Shown here: one piece after another, positions 12,830 through 25,292 of the stretch
Layout of the letters: each line of letters opens with the position of its first letter
How positions within the stretch are numbered: position 1 is the stretch's first letter
Source of the DNA: Octopus bimaculoides
Lineage: Eukaryota
Direction of reading: 5' to 3'
DNA length: 64,000 bases
Assembly (NCBI RefSeq): GCF_001194135.2
Contig: NC_068982.1
Location: 97,764,739-97,828,738 of the forward strand
Position numbers and translations under genes: made by a program
Notes under the pieces: model-generated
Database searches by the model: none
What the model was told of the DNA's origin: nothing
Seen by the model: the letters and a program-made list of their open reading frames with translations, nothing else

Positions 12830-13167
12830 CTTAGTTACGTGATTTTGATTTCGAGTTCAATTCCCATTGACTTCCACTATGTCACTCCTCCAAAATCACA
12901 GAATTAATAATGGTTAAGTACTGGTTCAATTTTATCGACCATATCCTCTCCCCTAAAGTTCTGATCTAGAGCCCTTTTAGAAATCATTGCATATATATAT
13001 GTACAATGATTTCTAGCATGTGCTTTAGATCGAGGTTTTAGGAGAGAGAATATGGTCGATAAAATCGGACCAGTACTTAACTAATACTAATTTTATGGAT
13101 CTTTGAAAAATGACAATCAAAGTGGAAGTCAAAGGGGTTTGAACTCGGAATTAAGTCACGTAAGTAA
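12830..13167. mobile_element. Two diverged SINE copies arranged tail-to-tail (imperfect palindrome)
   Basis: The left arm (~12830-12990) aligns by eye to the reverse complement of the right arm (~13005-13167) around a (TA)n centre. Confidence 0.7.
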
Positions 13168-13850
13168 AAGCCATACTATATTTTTCTTTTGCTGCTACAA
13201 TGTTCTACAGAATATATCCAGAAATGTTAAGCCAGCATTGAATGTGTTGTCAGATATCAACATCTTGTACGTACAAGAGTAGTATCTTTTATCTTTTTGC
13301 TTTGTTCATTCTGTCAATCAATCACCTGAAGTTCTTCAAAGATCAGTCAGTTAAATCGTTAACGGTATGATTGGTTTAGACTATTGGAACCACTTAAAGG
13401 TATTACATATTATATTGTTTTCAAAAGAGTGCCAAAGTATTTATCTTTTTTGTTATGTGTAACTTGTATCAAGGTCGCCACTCCAAAATGGCAAAATCAA
13501 GTTGAGAATCATGTATGAGTAGGTCTTCAAAATACTAGAACTTGTGTAACAGCTAAATCTTAATACATCAATCTAATAACCAATGACAATGTCGTATCAG
13601 TTTGTCCAGCTCCATTCAATAATGACACAATCTCAAATCTAAAAGAAAACAATCTTCACAGATTCAAATTTCGATCAGTTTTTCTTGGCAAACTAACCGA
13701 AGGAAGAAAAAAATCGTTAAATGGAGAACGATAAGAGAATAATAGTAACGAAGAGTTTAAATGTTTTCAAATAATATGTGTGTGTAAGGGAGAGAAAGAG
13801 GGATAGACAGAGAGAAATAGAAATAGATAGAGTGAGAGAGAAAGAAAGAG

Positions 13851-13927
<77 letters not shown>

Positions 13928-13954
13928 TGTGCACGCGTGTGTGTATGCGTGTGT

Positions 13955-14165
13955 ATCATTGAGTTTGAGTTTGTCCTCCCCACCGCTTGAGAATCGGTGT
14001 TGGTTTGTTTACCTCCCTGTAAACACGCAGTTTGGCAAAAGAAGGCGATAGATTAAGTACGAGAATTTAAAAAAATGTTTTTTTTTTTTGTAGATTTGTT
14101 CGTCTAAACTCTTCAAGGCGATGCCCCAGCATAGCAGCAGTCCTATCACAGAAAAAAAGTAAAGA
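13955..14165 (+). mobile_element. SINE 3' half
   Basis: Homologous to 36990-37210; preceded by (GT)n. Confidence 0.7.
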
Positions 14166-14869
14166 TAAAAGATTTAAAAAAATAAAAATAAAGAATAATA
14201 TCTGGAATGGGCAAAGTTTTCCAAGTTTCAGTATAACTTTGAATAGCTAAACGATGCCATTAAATTATCCATGACCAGAATCACAAACTCTGTAACCGTT
14301 TAATTTTTTTGCAAACGGGTAATTAGCCCTAAAATTTAGTCAAAAGAAAAAAAACTGCAGTAGGAATATCAGACTCAGCCACACATGTAATATTTCTTTC
14401 ACTCCAAGAAACCAAACTGCTTCAACTGAGAAAAACAGTTCAATGGTTATGTAATACACTACATCACTCTTGTAGCCAAGTGGGACATCTAGAAAATCAT
14501 TCAGTTGTTAAATTCTAACATGTTTTGGTAAAGAACTTTGAAAATCTAAAATGCTTGTTAAAAATCTGCTGAAACAAAACTAAATTTTGATTTTTTTTTT
14601 TTTCATTTTCTCGTTTCTCTTACTCTAGGCAAGTATAGATTGAGAAAACCTATGATCGAACGCGTTGCAGCTACGACCATCATTGTAGTTTTAAGTATAG
14701 CGTATCAAAAATTACATCACCCAATCTGCCCTTTCTATTTTAAGGTGGCATTGTGTGGTTTCTGATAGACTTGGAGGCTATATTTAGTAAGTCGAGCAAC
14801 TTGGTTGGCTCTTTATATTTTGGTGGAATGGAACTGGGCATTTACTACATGCGTGAAATCGTTTATCTG

Positions 14870-15116
14870 TTATTTTACTTGTTTTAGTCCATTAGGCTGC
14901 TGTCTTACTGGGGCACCGGTTTGAAGAATTTTAGTCGAACTAATCGACCCCGGGATTTATTTTTTTAAAGTCTGGTACTTATTTTATCTGTTCCTTTTAT
15001 TCGAACAGCTAGGTTACAAGGACGTAAACACACCAACACCGGTTATCAAGCGACGGTAGAAGACAAAAACTGACGCAAAGACACACACACACACACATAA
15101 ATATATATATATATAC

Positions 15117-15149
<33 letters not shown>

Positions 15150-15332
15150 TGTATGTATGTATATATGTATGAATGTACGTACAAACGACGGGCTTCTTTC
15201 AGTTTCCGTCAACCAAATCCACTCACAAAGCTTTGGAAGCTATAAAGGAAGACATTTACCCAAGGTGCTACCTAGTGGGACTGAACTAGGAACCATATGG
15301 TTGGGGAACAAACTTTTTACCACAGAGCCACG
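14870..15332 (-). mobile_element. Near full-length SINE with internal microsatellite
   Basis: Reverse complement of the 36588-37210 family. Confidence 0.8.
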
Positions 15333-15539
15333 ATGAGTATGGAATGTATCATTTTAATTGTTCTATTTCTTTTATTTACAGTTTAAAATATCAACATCTT
15401 TATTTAAAACCTGTTCAAAGATACACTGCATCATCGCTGATTGCAATGTTAAACATTTGTAGTATTTGACAGTATTTCAAAACATTGGAAATACAACAGA
15501 ATAGCAGAATTGTTTGTCTGTCAGATGAGATGTCTTATG

Positions 15540-15701
15540 TCATTTGTTCCAGTTCATTGCACCCTTCGATGGTAGACTTAACCCGTCAGGAATTTTAACA
15601 TCAATATCCGCCTTTAGTGGATTTAAGTCAGTTACAAGCCTTCGGGTTGGGTATCTGGTTTTAGAAAAAAACTTCTCTTTGTCCCATTCGTCTCGAGGTC
15701 C
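15540..15701 (-). CDS. Candidate terminal coding exon of an unidentified antisense gene nested in the WD40 intron
   Basis: Acceptor tactctttattttttCAG|G, then 53 codons (GPRDEWDKEKFFSKTRYPTRRLVTDLNPLKADIDVKIPDGLSLPSKGAMNWNK), TGA, and two AATAAA (15399-15404 and 15371-15376, minus strand). No upstream exon identified. Confidence 0.4.
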   Translation of the reverse strand, partial: GPRDEWDKEKFFSKTRYPTRRLVTDLNPLKADIDVKIPDGLSLPSKGAMNWNK

Positions 15702-16343
15702 CTGAAAAAATAAAGAGTAATGACAACTGCCCTTTCTTCCCCGACTAAGCGGTAATAAATATCCTTTGCCCATGAGTTATATTGATATGAAGGAAGAAGT
15801 TGAAAGTAAGCGAATGCCTTCTGGCTGGAGCGTTTGAGTCACGGTTGTAAGGTAGATTTGTTTCCTGGATCAAGTGGTACATCGTTTCACGTACTCTTGT
15901 TTATTCAAATGAAAATGAACACAGGCCAAGCTCTGGTGTAGTTCGTCATCTCTTCTCCTCCAGCTGTCACAATATCAATGTTCCGCAGGATCGTGAATAG
16001 AAAGACCGAGGAGGGGGTCCATATCGACCCATCAATAAATAGGAACCTTAAAACGAAACAATTGCCGAAGCATGATACATGCTATCCAGTCATACTCGGC
16101 TGCAGTTGACAACAACGGGATTTAAATTTTTTTTTTTTGTTTTTGCTTTCATTTTTCTTAAGGTAATAAAATTTTGTTGCATAATGTTTTGGTCTTGTGG
16201 AATCCTTCGCTGTAGAACAAGAATTGGCGGAGAGTAGTACTCAACTTCAGTTATTGTATTACAATAAATTGTCCTTGATTTCGTTTTTGTTGTTTGGAGA
16301 CACTCACTACTTTGAACGTTATATATCACGGATGATAGACATA

Positions 16344-16535
16344 CAGAGTGGGCCAAAAGTCACTCACAAAATAAGTTCGATACGCCCCAGAATTGTCAAA
16401 GATATGCTTCAGTTTTTCTAAAATTGAATGAAATACAATAAAATAAATGATGAATACACACTTTATTGTACATGATGAACAAAATAATAGTAAAATATGT
16501 CAAATGTTTTGGTGCTTGACTTTTGGCCAACCCTG
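16344..16535. mobile_element. Tc1/mariner-type MITE
   Basis: TIRs CAGAGTGGGCCAAAAGTCA / TGACTTTTGGCCAACCCTG (2 mismatches), flanked by TA on both sides. Confidence 0.85.
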
Positions 16536-17409
16536 TATTTCAAAGAATACTATTATCTGACGACTCAGGTTCCACACACTACCATTGCACGTCTTGGAAG
16601 ACTATTCGATTCATAAAAAATACCAGTAACAGATGGTGGATAATTCAAATTCCACTAAATTTTTCTGTTAGCTAATTCAATTTATTATATATTCAGGCAC
16701 AACAGCAATATATATGATTGACGTATCACTTGGTTACATACATAGTTTATATACATAACTACCAGCAACATATCGAGGGTATTCAATGTAATATACTCCG
16801 TCCTTTCCTGACACTGCTTTAGCGATTTACCAGATTCAGTAATTACATATTATTGCAACTGCAATCATCATTATCGTGGTCATCATCATCATCATCATCG
16901 TCGTCGTCGTCGGTGGCGTTGGCAGCGTTGGCAGTGTTGGCGGCTTCGGTGGCGTCGGCGGCGTCGATGTCGTCGACATCGTCATCAACATGTTATCTGG
17001 TTGTTATTCTCTAGTTCACCATTGATATTGTTATTCTCTTAGTTTTACATAAAAGAAACTTCTTTCATTGCACAGTTCATATATTTTCTATATATAAGCT
17101 TTGTTATAGAATCTTCACCCAATCCACTCATTCACCTACACATTCGTCTGTCTGCCTCTGTTACTCCTCCTCATGCTTCATCTCATCTTGATTTTTCTTT
17201 CTGTCATGTTTGTTTACTGACATACACTAAATAAAAGAAACCGCTATTATTTCCGCTATTTTGCTGTTGTTTTCTTTATACCTTCACCCCTAATGCTCTG
17301 TAGAACTCCAAGGTGGGACATCCACCGACCGCATTGCCCGACTGACGGGCCTGCCTCAGTCCTCGCTTGGTCCAGGAATAATAATAGCAACAACAACAAC
17401 AATAATAAT

Positions 17410-17630
17410 TTAAACTATCCTTTCTACTATAGGCACAAATCCTAAAATTTTGGGAGAGAAGGCTAGTCGATTGCATCAACACCAGTACGCAAATGGTACT
17501 TCTTTTATCGATCTCAACCGGACAAGAGGCAAAGTCGATCTCGGCGGAATTTGAATTCAGAACGTAAAGACGGGCGAAATGCCACCAAGCTTTTTGCTCG
17601 GCGTGCTAACGAATCTACCAGCTCATCGTC
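17410..17630 (-). mobile_element. tRNA-derived SINE with (ATT)n-type tail
   Basis: Same family as 5640-5847. Confidence 0.8.
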
Positions 17631-17631
17631 T

Positions 17632-18759
17632 GCAAAGAAAGCAAAGTTGGTAAGATACGACCAAAGAATGAAGGATTACCACCAGAATAGAGTATTCAGA
17701 GGAAATCAGAAGAGATTCTATAAAGAAATAAATGGAGAGTGTACAGATGAAAAGTTGATACCAGATAACATCGAAAGTCAAAGGTTTTGGAGTGACATCT
17801 GGCGCAAAGACAAGGAACACAAGAAAGATGCTGAATGGTTGCAAGAACCGAAACAAACAGCAGTGTATCCAAAACAGGCTGAACTAGTCATTTCAGTTAG
17901 GGAAGTGAAGGAAATCAGCAAAAAAATGAGCAACTGGAAGGCCCCAGGACCACATGGAGTTCAAGGCTACTGGATCAAAAGATTTGGTGAATGTCATGCA
18001 CGAATAGCTGCGCAACTCAGTACCTTGTTAAATGCCGACCAAGTAACAGCAGAGTACTTGACATTTGGTAGGACAGTGCTGTGCTTGAAAAACATCGAAA
18101 AAGGCAATACAATAAACAATTACAGGCCGATATCCTGTTTGCCACTTATGCGGAAGTTATTGACTGGAATACTCGCAGAGTCAATGTACAAACATAGGGG
18201 GAAAATGGAGTCCTGCCACATGAGCAGAAAGGTTACAAGCGTAAGTGCAGAGGTACTAAGGATCAACTCCTGATAGGCAAAACTGTACTTGGAGACTGTA
18301 AGAGGAGGAAAATAACTTAGCTATGTCATGGATCGACTATCGTAAGGCGTACGATATGATCTCAGATTCTTGGATTATGGAGTGTATGAACCTATTTGGT
18401 ATTGCATCGAATGTTGAGCGATTGCTTGGAAAAAGTATGGCGAATTGAGAGGACGGACCTGACAGCATACGGAAGAAGTTTAGGGACACTAGAAATTAGG
18501 AGGGGCATCTTCCAAGGGAACTGCCTATCCCCACTGATCTTTGTACTGTGCTTGATACCACTAACACTGATTCTGAGGAAAGCAAATGCTGGTTATGTAT
18601 TCAAAAGCCACCAACAAAAAGTCAACCATTTGTTATTCGTGGATGACCTCAAACTTTATGGTAAAGATGAATCCCAGGTCAGTTCCCTCGTCGATACGGT
18701 GTATAATTTCAGTGCTGATATCAGAATGGAGTTCGGACTGAGAAAGTGTGTTGTGTTAG

Positions 18760-18761
<2 letters not shown>
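17632..18761 (+). mobile_element. R4/Dong-type non-LTR retrotransposon fragment (reverse transcriptase)
   Basis: RYDQRMKDYHQNRVF, NWKAPGP.GVQGYWIK, YRPISCLP, RRGIFQG..LSPLIF and HLLFVDDLKLY motifs; frameshifts present. Confidence 0.9.
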
Positions 18762-18790
<29 letters not shown>

Positions 18791-18795
18791 TATCG

Positions 18796-18826
<31 letters not shown>

Positions 18827-18849
18827 CCTCATCATCATCACCATCATCC

Positions 18850-20360
18850 TTATTTTCTTTTAATCTACGTGTTTGATGCAACCACTTGTCGGGCCACAAC
18901 CAAACCCTAAGGTAAATGAAAGATAAGCGATGTTTAGATGTAAGTGAAAGTTTGAGAAAGGAAAGTAGGGAGGGCTGTATAGAAATACATTCGTATAATA
19001 CAACATAATATGAACATTTAAATTGATTGGGTCTTTCTAAGAGTGTGGGTAGTGTTTGTTAACACAATCTTTTGGATTACTTTGAGACATGGTTCTCTTG
19101 GGATATTCTCAAGATGTTTCTGACATCCCATTTTTTATCATACCAAGGGCACCTACAATAACAGGGACAGTTTTTATTTAAAACACCACATCTTTTGAAT
19201 TTACGGGTCCTTATATTTACTAAGCTTGTCAAATTCCTTGACAGCTATATTTTTATCAGTAGAAAGACTTATATCTGCCGGTCAACAGGTATTTTCTTCT
19301 CAGTCTTTAAAAATTGTGTGGTCGATCAACCTCAGTTGTCCTGTCAGTGTTGACCAGAAAATTCCAGAGGATGGTGACATTTTTCACACTCAACCACTGG
19401 CTCAGGATGGCGTCCCTACCACTTAGCAAGAGTATTTGGTAGTGCTTACATATCTTCCAATATAAATATTGTCCTAATCTATCATGGTGATTCTTATTTC
19501 CGTTTGGTGTTAGCACAGGACAGTCCGAAACGAGGTGGCCTATTGTTTTATCAAGTGAGTTGCAGAATCTGCATTTTGGGTCAGCACCGTTTTTAATTAC
19601 ACTGACCCGTGTAATTTCTGGTGAACAAGCTTTGGTCTTCTACAGCATGTATGAAACCTTCCGTTTCTGCTTTCAACCCCGAAATTCTCAACTACTGATG
19701 AATTCTTGCCTGGACAACATCAACATTTTGACTTCGGAAAATATACTGTCCATGGAAGACCTTCTGACTCCAGCGTTCATCAAGTTGTTTCTGTTCATTT
19801 TTTTTAGCTCTCAGTTTGATTCGTTTTACTTTCTTGGTAGCAGTAGTTTCAAGTTCATCCAGAATCAACGTCAAGTCCCCTTGCGAATTTACAAGCTTCC
19901 TTGACAATAGAGTGCAACTTTTTTCTGCTTTCATGTTCGTACACAAGCTTTCATGTTCGTACACAGAGGTTCGTACACAAGCTTCAGTATCTAGATAGGT
20001 AACTGCTCATTTCTTTTGCAGAGGTTTTATAGTAGAGTTCTAATTGCATCATTCTTCACCCCTCCACTGTTTCTGCTGGAGTTCTGTAGGATTCCAATAA
20101 ATGATATTAAAACTGTACAAGACTGGTGGGATTGCTGTAGCGTTAATGGCCTCGATGCGATTATTAAGGTTAAATTCAGTCTTCAATACAAGTCTTATTC
20201 TCCTGTAGTAACTCTTTGTTCTTTCTGCCTTCACAGTGGCAAGACTTCGTTAAAATCCAGTATTTATGAATATCTTGTGGGGTTAAGATCCTCGATGATA
20301 GTGTCGATAGCTAATTTAATGGACGCTGCTTCTCTGAGCTTGCCTCTAACAAAAGCTGCT
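18850..20360 (-). mobile_element. R4/Dong-type LINE, 3' portion (RT thumb to RLE and 3' UTR)
   Basis: YYRRIRLVLKTEFNLNNRIEAIN, FHGQY, AETEGFI...DQ, HDRLGQYLYWKIC and VPVIVGALG motifs; bounded by trinucleotide repeats on both sides. Confidence 0.85.
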
Positions 20361-20384
20361 TTATTACTATTACTATTATTATTA

Positions 20385-20426
<42 letters not shown>

Positions 20427-20925
20427 GCTACAAGGGCGATGGATGAAGAGGACAGTTAAAAACATATAAAGTATGGAGATTTACATAGGAAATCGAATAA
20501 CAAAAAGTATATAAACTAACAATCTTTATATCTTACTTAATGTAGACACAAAAAAATAAAATAAAATATAAAATCGATGATATAAAAGTACGCATGGTAT
20601 ACGAATATTGGAGGATGATGATGATAGTAATGACGATGGCGGTGACGATGATAATGATGATGATGAGGCGGAGGAGGGGAAGAGGGGAGGAGAAGGAGGA
20701 GCTGAATGAGGATGAATATCCTCTTGATACAGGAGAACCTCCATCTGGGAATCCCACATTTCCAAGATCAGTCTGAACTCCAAGTGCAGGGTCTATAGGG
20801 TGCTCCTGAGCTCGAGCATTTGTAAGGGATCTCATACCCACACAGCCTAAGGGTGTGTGTCGAGTTACGAACCCTAGGACGCTCCATGTTCCCACCTGAA
20901 TACATAAATACATTACATATATATA

Positions 20926-20966
<41 letters not shown>

Positions 20967-20985
20967 ATCTATATATCTATATACC

Positions 20986-21254
20986 AACTATTCTGATTAT
21001 ATGTCTGTGCACACGTTTGAATGTGGCGTGTGCCAGAGGGCTTGCAAATCCAATGGTGGTCTTAAAAGACATGTTAGGATCCACAATGAGCAGAACTTAC
21101 TTGCAGGTATTGGTAGTTCAAATCAGAGGTGCAATCTGTGTGGGTGTTTTTTCAAAACATTGTCTGGTTTAAAAAGCCACATCAGACGCCATGAAAGGGC
21201 TAAGGTGTAGGTACAGGAGGTGGTCAAACTCTGTGTAAGGAGTAGACAACTACC
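20986..21254 (+). mobile_element. 5'-truncated RTE-type LINE 3' end with two C2H2 fingers
   Basis: Near-identical to 3019-3240. Flanked by the direct repeat ATATATCTATATACC (20971-20985 and 21255-21269), i.e. a target-site duplication. Confidence 0.8.
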
Positions 21255-22325
21255 ATATATCTATATACCTACATATATATATACACACATAAGTTCATAT
21301 ATACTTGCACACATACACACATATGTTCATACATAGATACATACAAATATAGGAACAGGCATACATACGTACATATGTACACACGTACATACATACCTAT
21401 GCGTATATCTGTTGTTGACATCACATTTGCTAGCTTGAATGTAAAATATATATTACAAATGGCGAACTAAGTTTCTTTTATGATGACACTTGAAATGACT
21501 TCATTGTAGCTACATATACATTATGCATACATACAAACATATAGAAACATATATGTATATGTATATATANNNNNNNNNNNNNNNNNNNNNNNNNNNNNNN
21601 NNNNNNNNNNNNNNNNNNNNNNNNNNNNNNNNNNNNNNNNNNNNNNNNNNNNNNNNNNNNNNNNNNNNNNNNNNNNNNNNNNNNNNNNNNNNNNNNNNNN
21701 NNNNNNNNNNNNNNNNNNNNNNNNNNNNNNNNNNNNNNNNNNNNNNNNNNNNNNNNNNNNNNNNNNNNNNNNNNNNNNNNNNNNNNNNNNNNNNNNNNNN
21801 NNNNNNNNNNNNNNNNNNNNNNNNNNNNNNNNNNNNNNNNNNNNNNNNNNNNNNNNNNNNNNNNNNNNNNNNNNNNNNNNNNNNNNNNNNNNNNNNNNNN
21901 NNNNNNNNNNNNNNNNNNNNNNNNNNNNNNNNNNNNNNNNNNNNNNNNNNNNNNNNNNNNNNNNNNNNNNNNNNNNNNNNNNNNNNNNNNNNNNNNNNNN
22001 NNNNNNNNNNNNNNNNNNNNNNNNNNNNNNNNNNNNNNNNNNNNNNNNNNNNNNNNNNNNNNNNNNNNNNNNNNNNNNNNNNNNNNNNNNNNNNNNNNNN
22101 NNNNNNNNNNNNNNNNNNNNNNNNNNNNNNNNNNNNNNNNNNNNNNNNNNNNNNNNNNNNNNNNNNNNNNNNNNNNNNNNNNNNNNNNNNNNNNNNNNNN
22201 NNNNNNNNNNNNNNNNNNNNNNNNNNNNNNNNNNNNNNNNNNNNNNNNNNNNNNNNNNNNNNNNNNNNNNNNNNNNNNNNNNNNNNNNNNNNNNNNNNNN
22301 NNNNNNNNNNNNNNNNNNNNNNNNN

Positions 22326-22376
<51 letters not shown>

Positions 22377-22489
22377 TGTGTTGTGTGCGTATCTGTCTGT
22401 GTCAGTGGGAATGTTTTATATTATATTCCATCAAATTTCTTTCCTTCTGCTGTAATTTTCTTTCCAGGAGTTTGCATTCATTTTTAGAG

Positions 22490-23500
<1,011 letters not shown>

Positions 23501-23618
23501 TTGTTGTTTACTTCACATCGACTCAGTTTTTCTTTTGTCTGAGACAAACAATGACATCAAGATGAAAAACAACGAAATTATATACATATGTATGTATAAA
23601 CGCACACATACACACACA

Positions 23619-23663
<45 letters not shown>

Positions 23664-24399
23664 ACGCAGGTGTACACACATATATCTCCATATCCTGACA
23701 ATTCTTATTATTTGAAGTATATTGTGTAGTGAGCACCATTGTATAAATGTTAGCTTCCGATGAATCTATTTCACTTCACTTGCAGGCTTTAATACCTTTT
23801 CTATTTTTTTGTATAAAACATGAATACCACACAATCTTCTTTGAAAATATTTTTCAAATATATGACTGAGTGTCGCTGTCAGTAATCCATATGTAGACAT
23901 ATATTGGCAGGGACATATAGTGTAGATAAGCGTTTAATGTGGTGAGTTTGCGATCCAGTTTCGATTTCCAATAGTGGTCATTTCACTGTACAGTGTCATT
24001 GATGCTCTTGAGAAAAGCATTTACGTCACACAAAACTCATTTCAACATTTCCCTCGTGAGACTTTGCAGCCTGTGTACAGGATATAGACTACGTACTTGA
24101 TAACCTAACTCCTTGAAAGTTTTATCATTAAAACTTTTGGTGTTTATCAACAAAAGTTTGATGGAATAATTACGCATTTAAAGGGTATTTACGTCATCAA
24201 TAATTCTGTGAATTATACTATTGAAAAGTTTTCAAAGATTGACGTAGCAAGAATTGGTGTGGAGGAAGAAACAAGAATACCAGATTATATTCATTAACGT
24301 CATTATTTTCTTTCTTTTTCTACATTTTTCTTCCTTTTTAGTGGGTTTTATATCCTGCTCGTGTCAATTATCCCAACCCATTTTTGTTTTATTAGTTAA

Positions 24400-24720
24400 C
24401 AAACCTGCATCAAGTAATCACGGTGTCAACTTGAAAGTTCAGGAGTATGGAGCTACTCAAAAGTTGCTTCTAATCTCAGGTGTGCTATCTCGTATCTAGT
24501 GTCTGGTGTCTGGTCATTGTCAATGATCCCAGTATGGGTCAAAGAGTAGATGATGATTCTGTGCCTAAGGCATACAGATTTCGGAGGAAAGATGTCCTCC
24601 AGACATGTATCACACGGATCCACCGGTGAGTTGGTATGCCCTAATGTTGTGTGACTCATTTCCCTTGACTAAGAGTTAAATACGCCCTGCGGTGAATGGG
24701 AGACTTCAATAGGCCTTGGG
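24400..24720 (+). mobile_element. Possible decayed APE-type LINE endonuclease fragment
   Basis: PKAYRFRRKD and MGDFN fall in one stop-interrupted frame; weak evidence. Confidence 0.25.
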
Positions 24721-25084
24721 CGATCGGGGGACTAAGAGAGTAAATTATGAATACACCGTGAGTAGATTATATCTCCCCCACCACCACCACCAAAACGCAT
24801 GAGCCTTCAAACTTTCGAATGGAGATCCATGATCACCGACACTATTAAAATATGTATAGTACATGAAGAGATTAAGAGAGGGAGAAAGAATAAGAGAGGG
24901 GGAGAGAGAAAATAGTAGCTAACGATCCAAATTACACCATTTCTCTCTTTCGCTCTTCTTCACTCCTCACGAAGGACAAGAACGGAAAATACTAAACTAT
25001 TCTCTCCACAGTTACACTAATTAAATTGATTAAACTCTTATGTAACTCCCAAAAAGGATAAAGCTCCTTTCGAGTAATATAGAC

Positions 25085-25292
25085 TCATGGGGCCGGTTTC
25101 CCGGTTTCTGTGGAGTATATATTCCCCACCTGGACGGGACGCCGATTTGTCGCAAGATTACTCATTTTTGCCAGCTGAACTGGAGCAACGTGAAATGAAG
25201 TCTTTTATTCATGAACCTAAGGACGCATAGCCTGGTCTAAGAATTGAAATCGCTGTCCAACAATTTAACCACAAAGCCACGTGCCTTCACTT
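25085..25292 (-). mobile_element. tRNA-derived SINE
   Basis: Shares CAGCTGA..ACTGGAGCAAC.TGAAATGAAG with 27790-28085 and 28170-28415. Confidence 0.65.

Noticed and set aside
19925-19985. Short tandem repeats GTTCGTACACA x3 (and the 17-19-bp duplications near 40310 and 41665)
   Set aside because: Ordinary local slippage duplications; not CRISPR-like, as there are no regular unique spacers and the context is eukaryotic.
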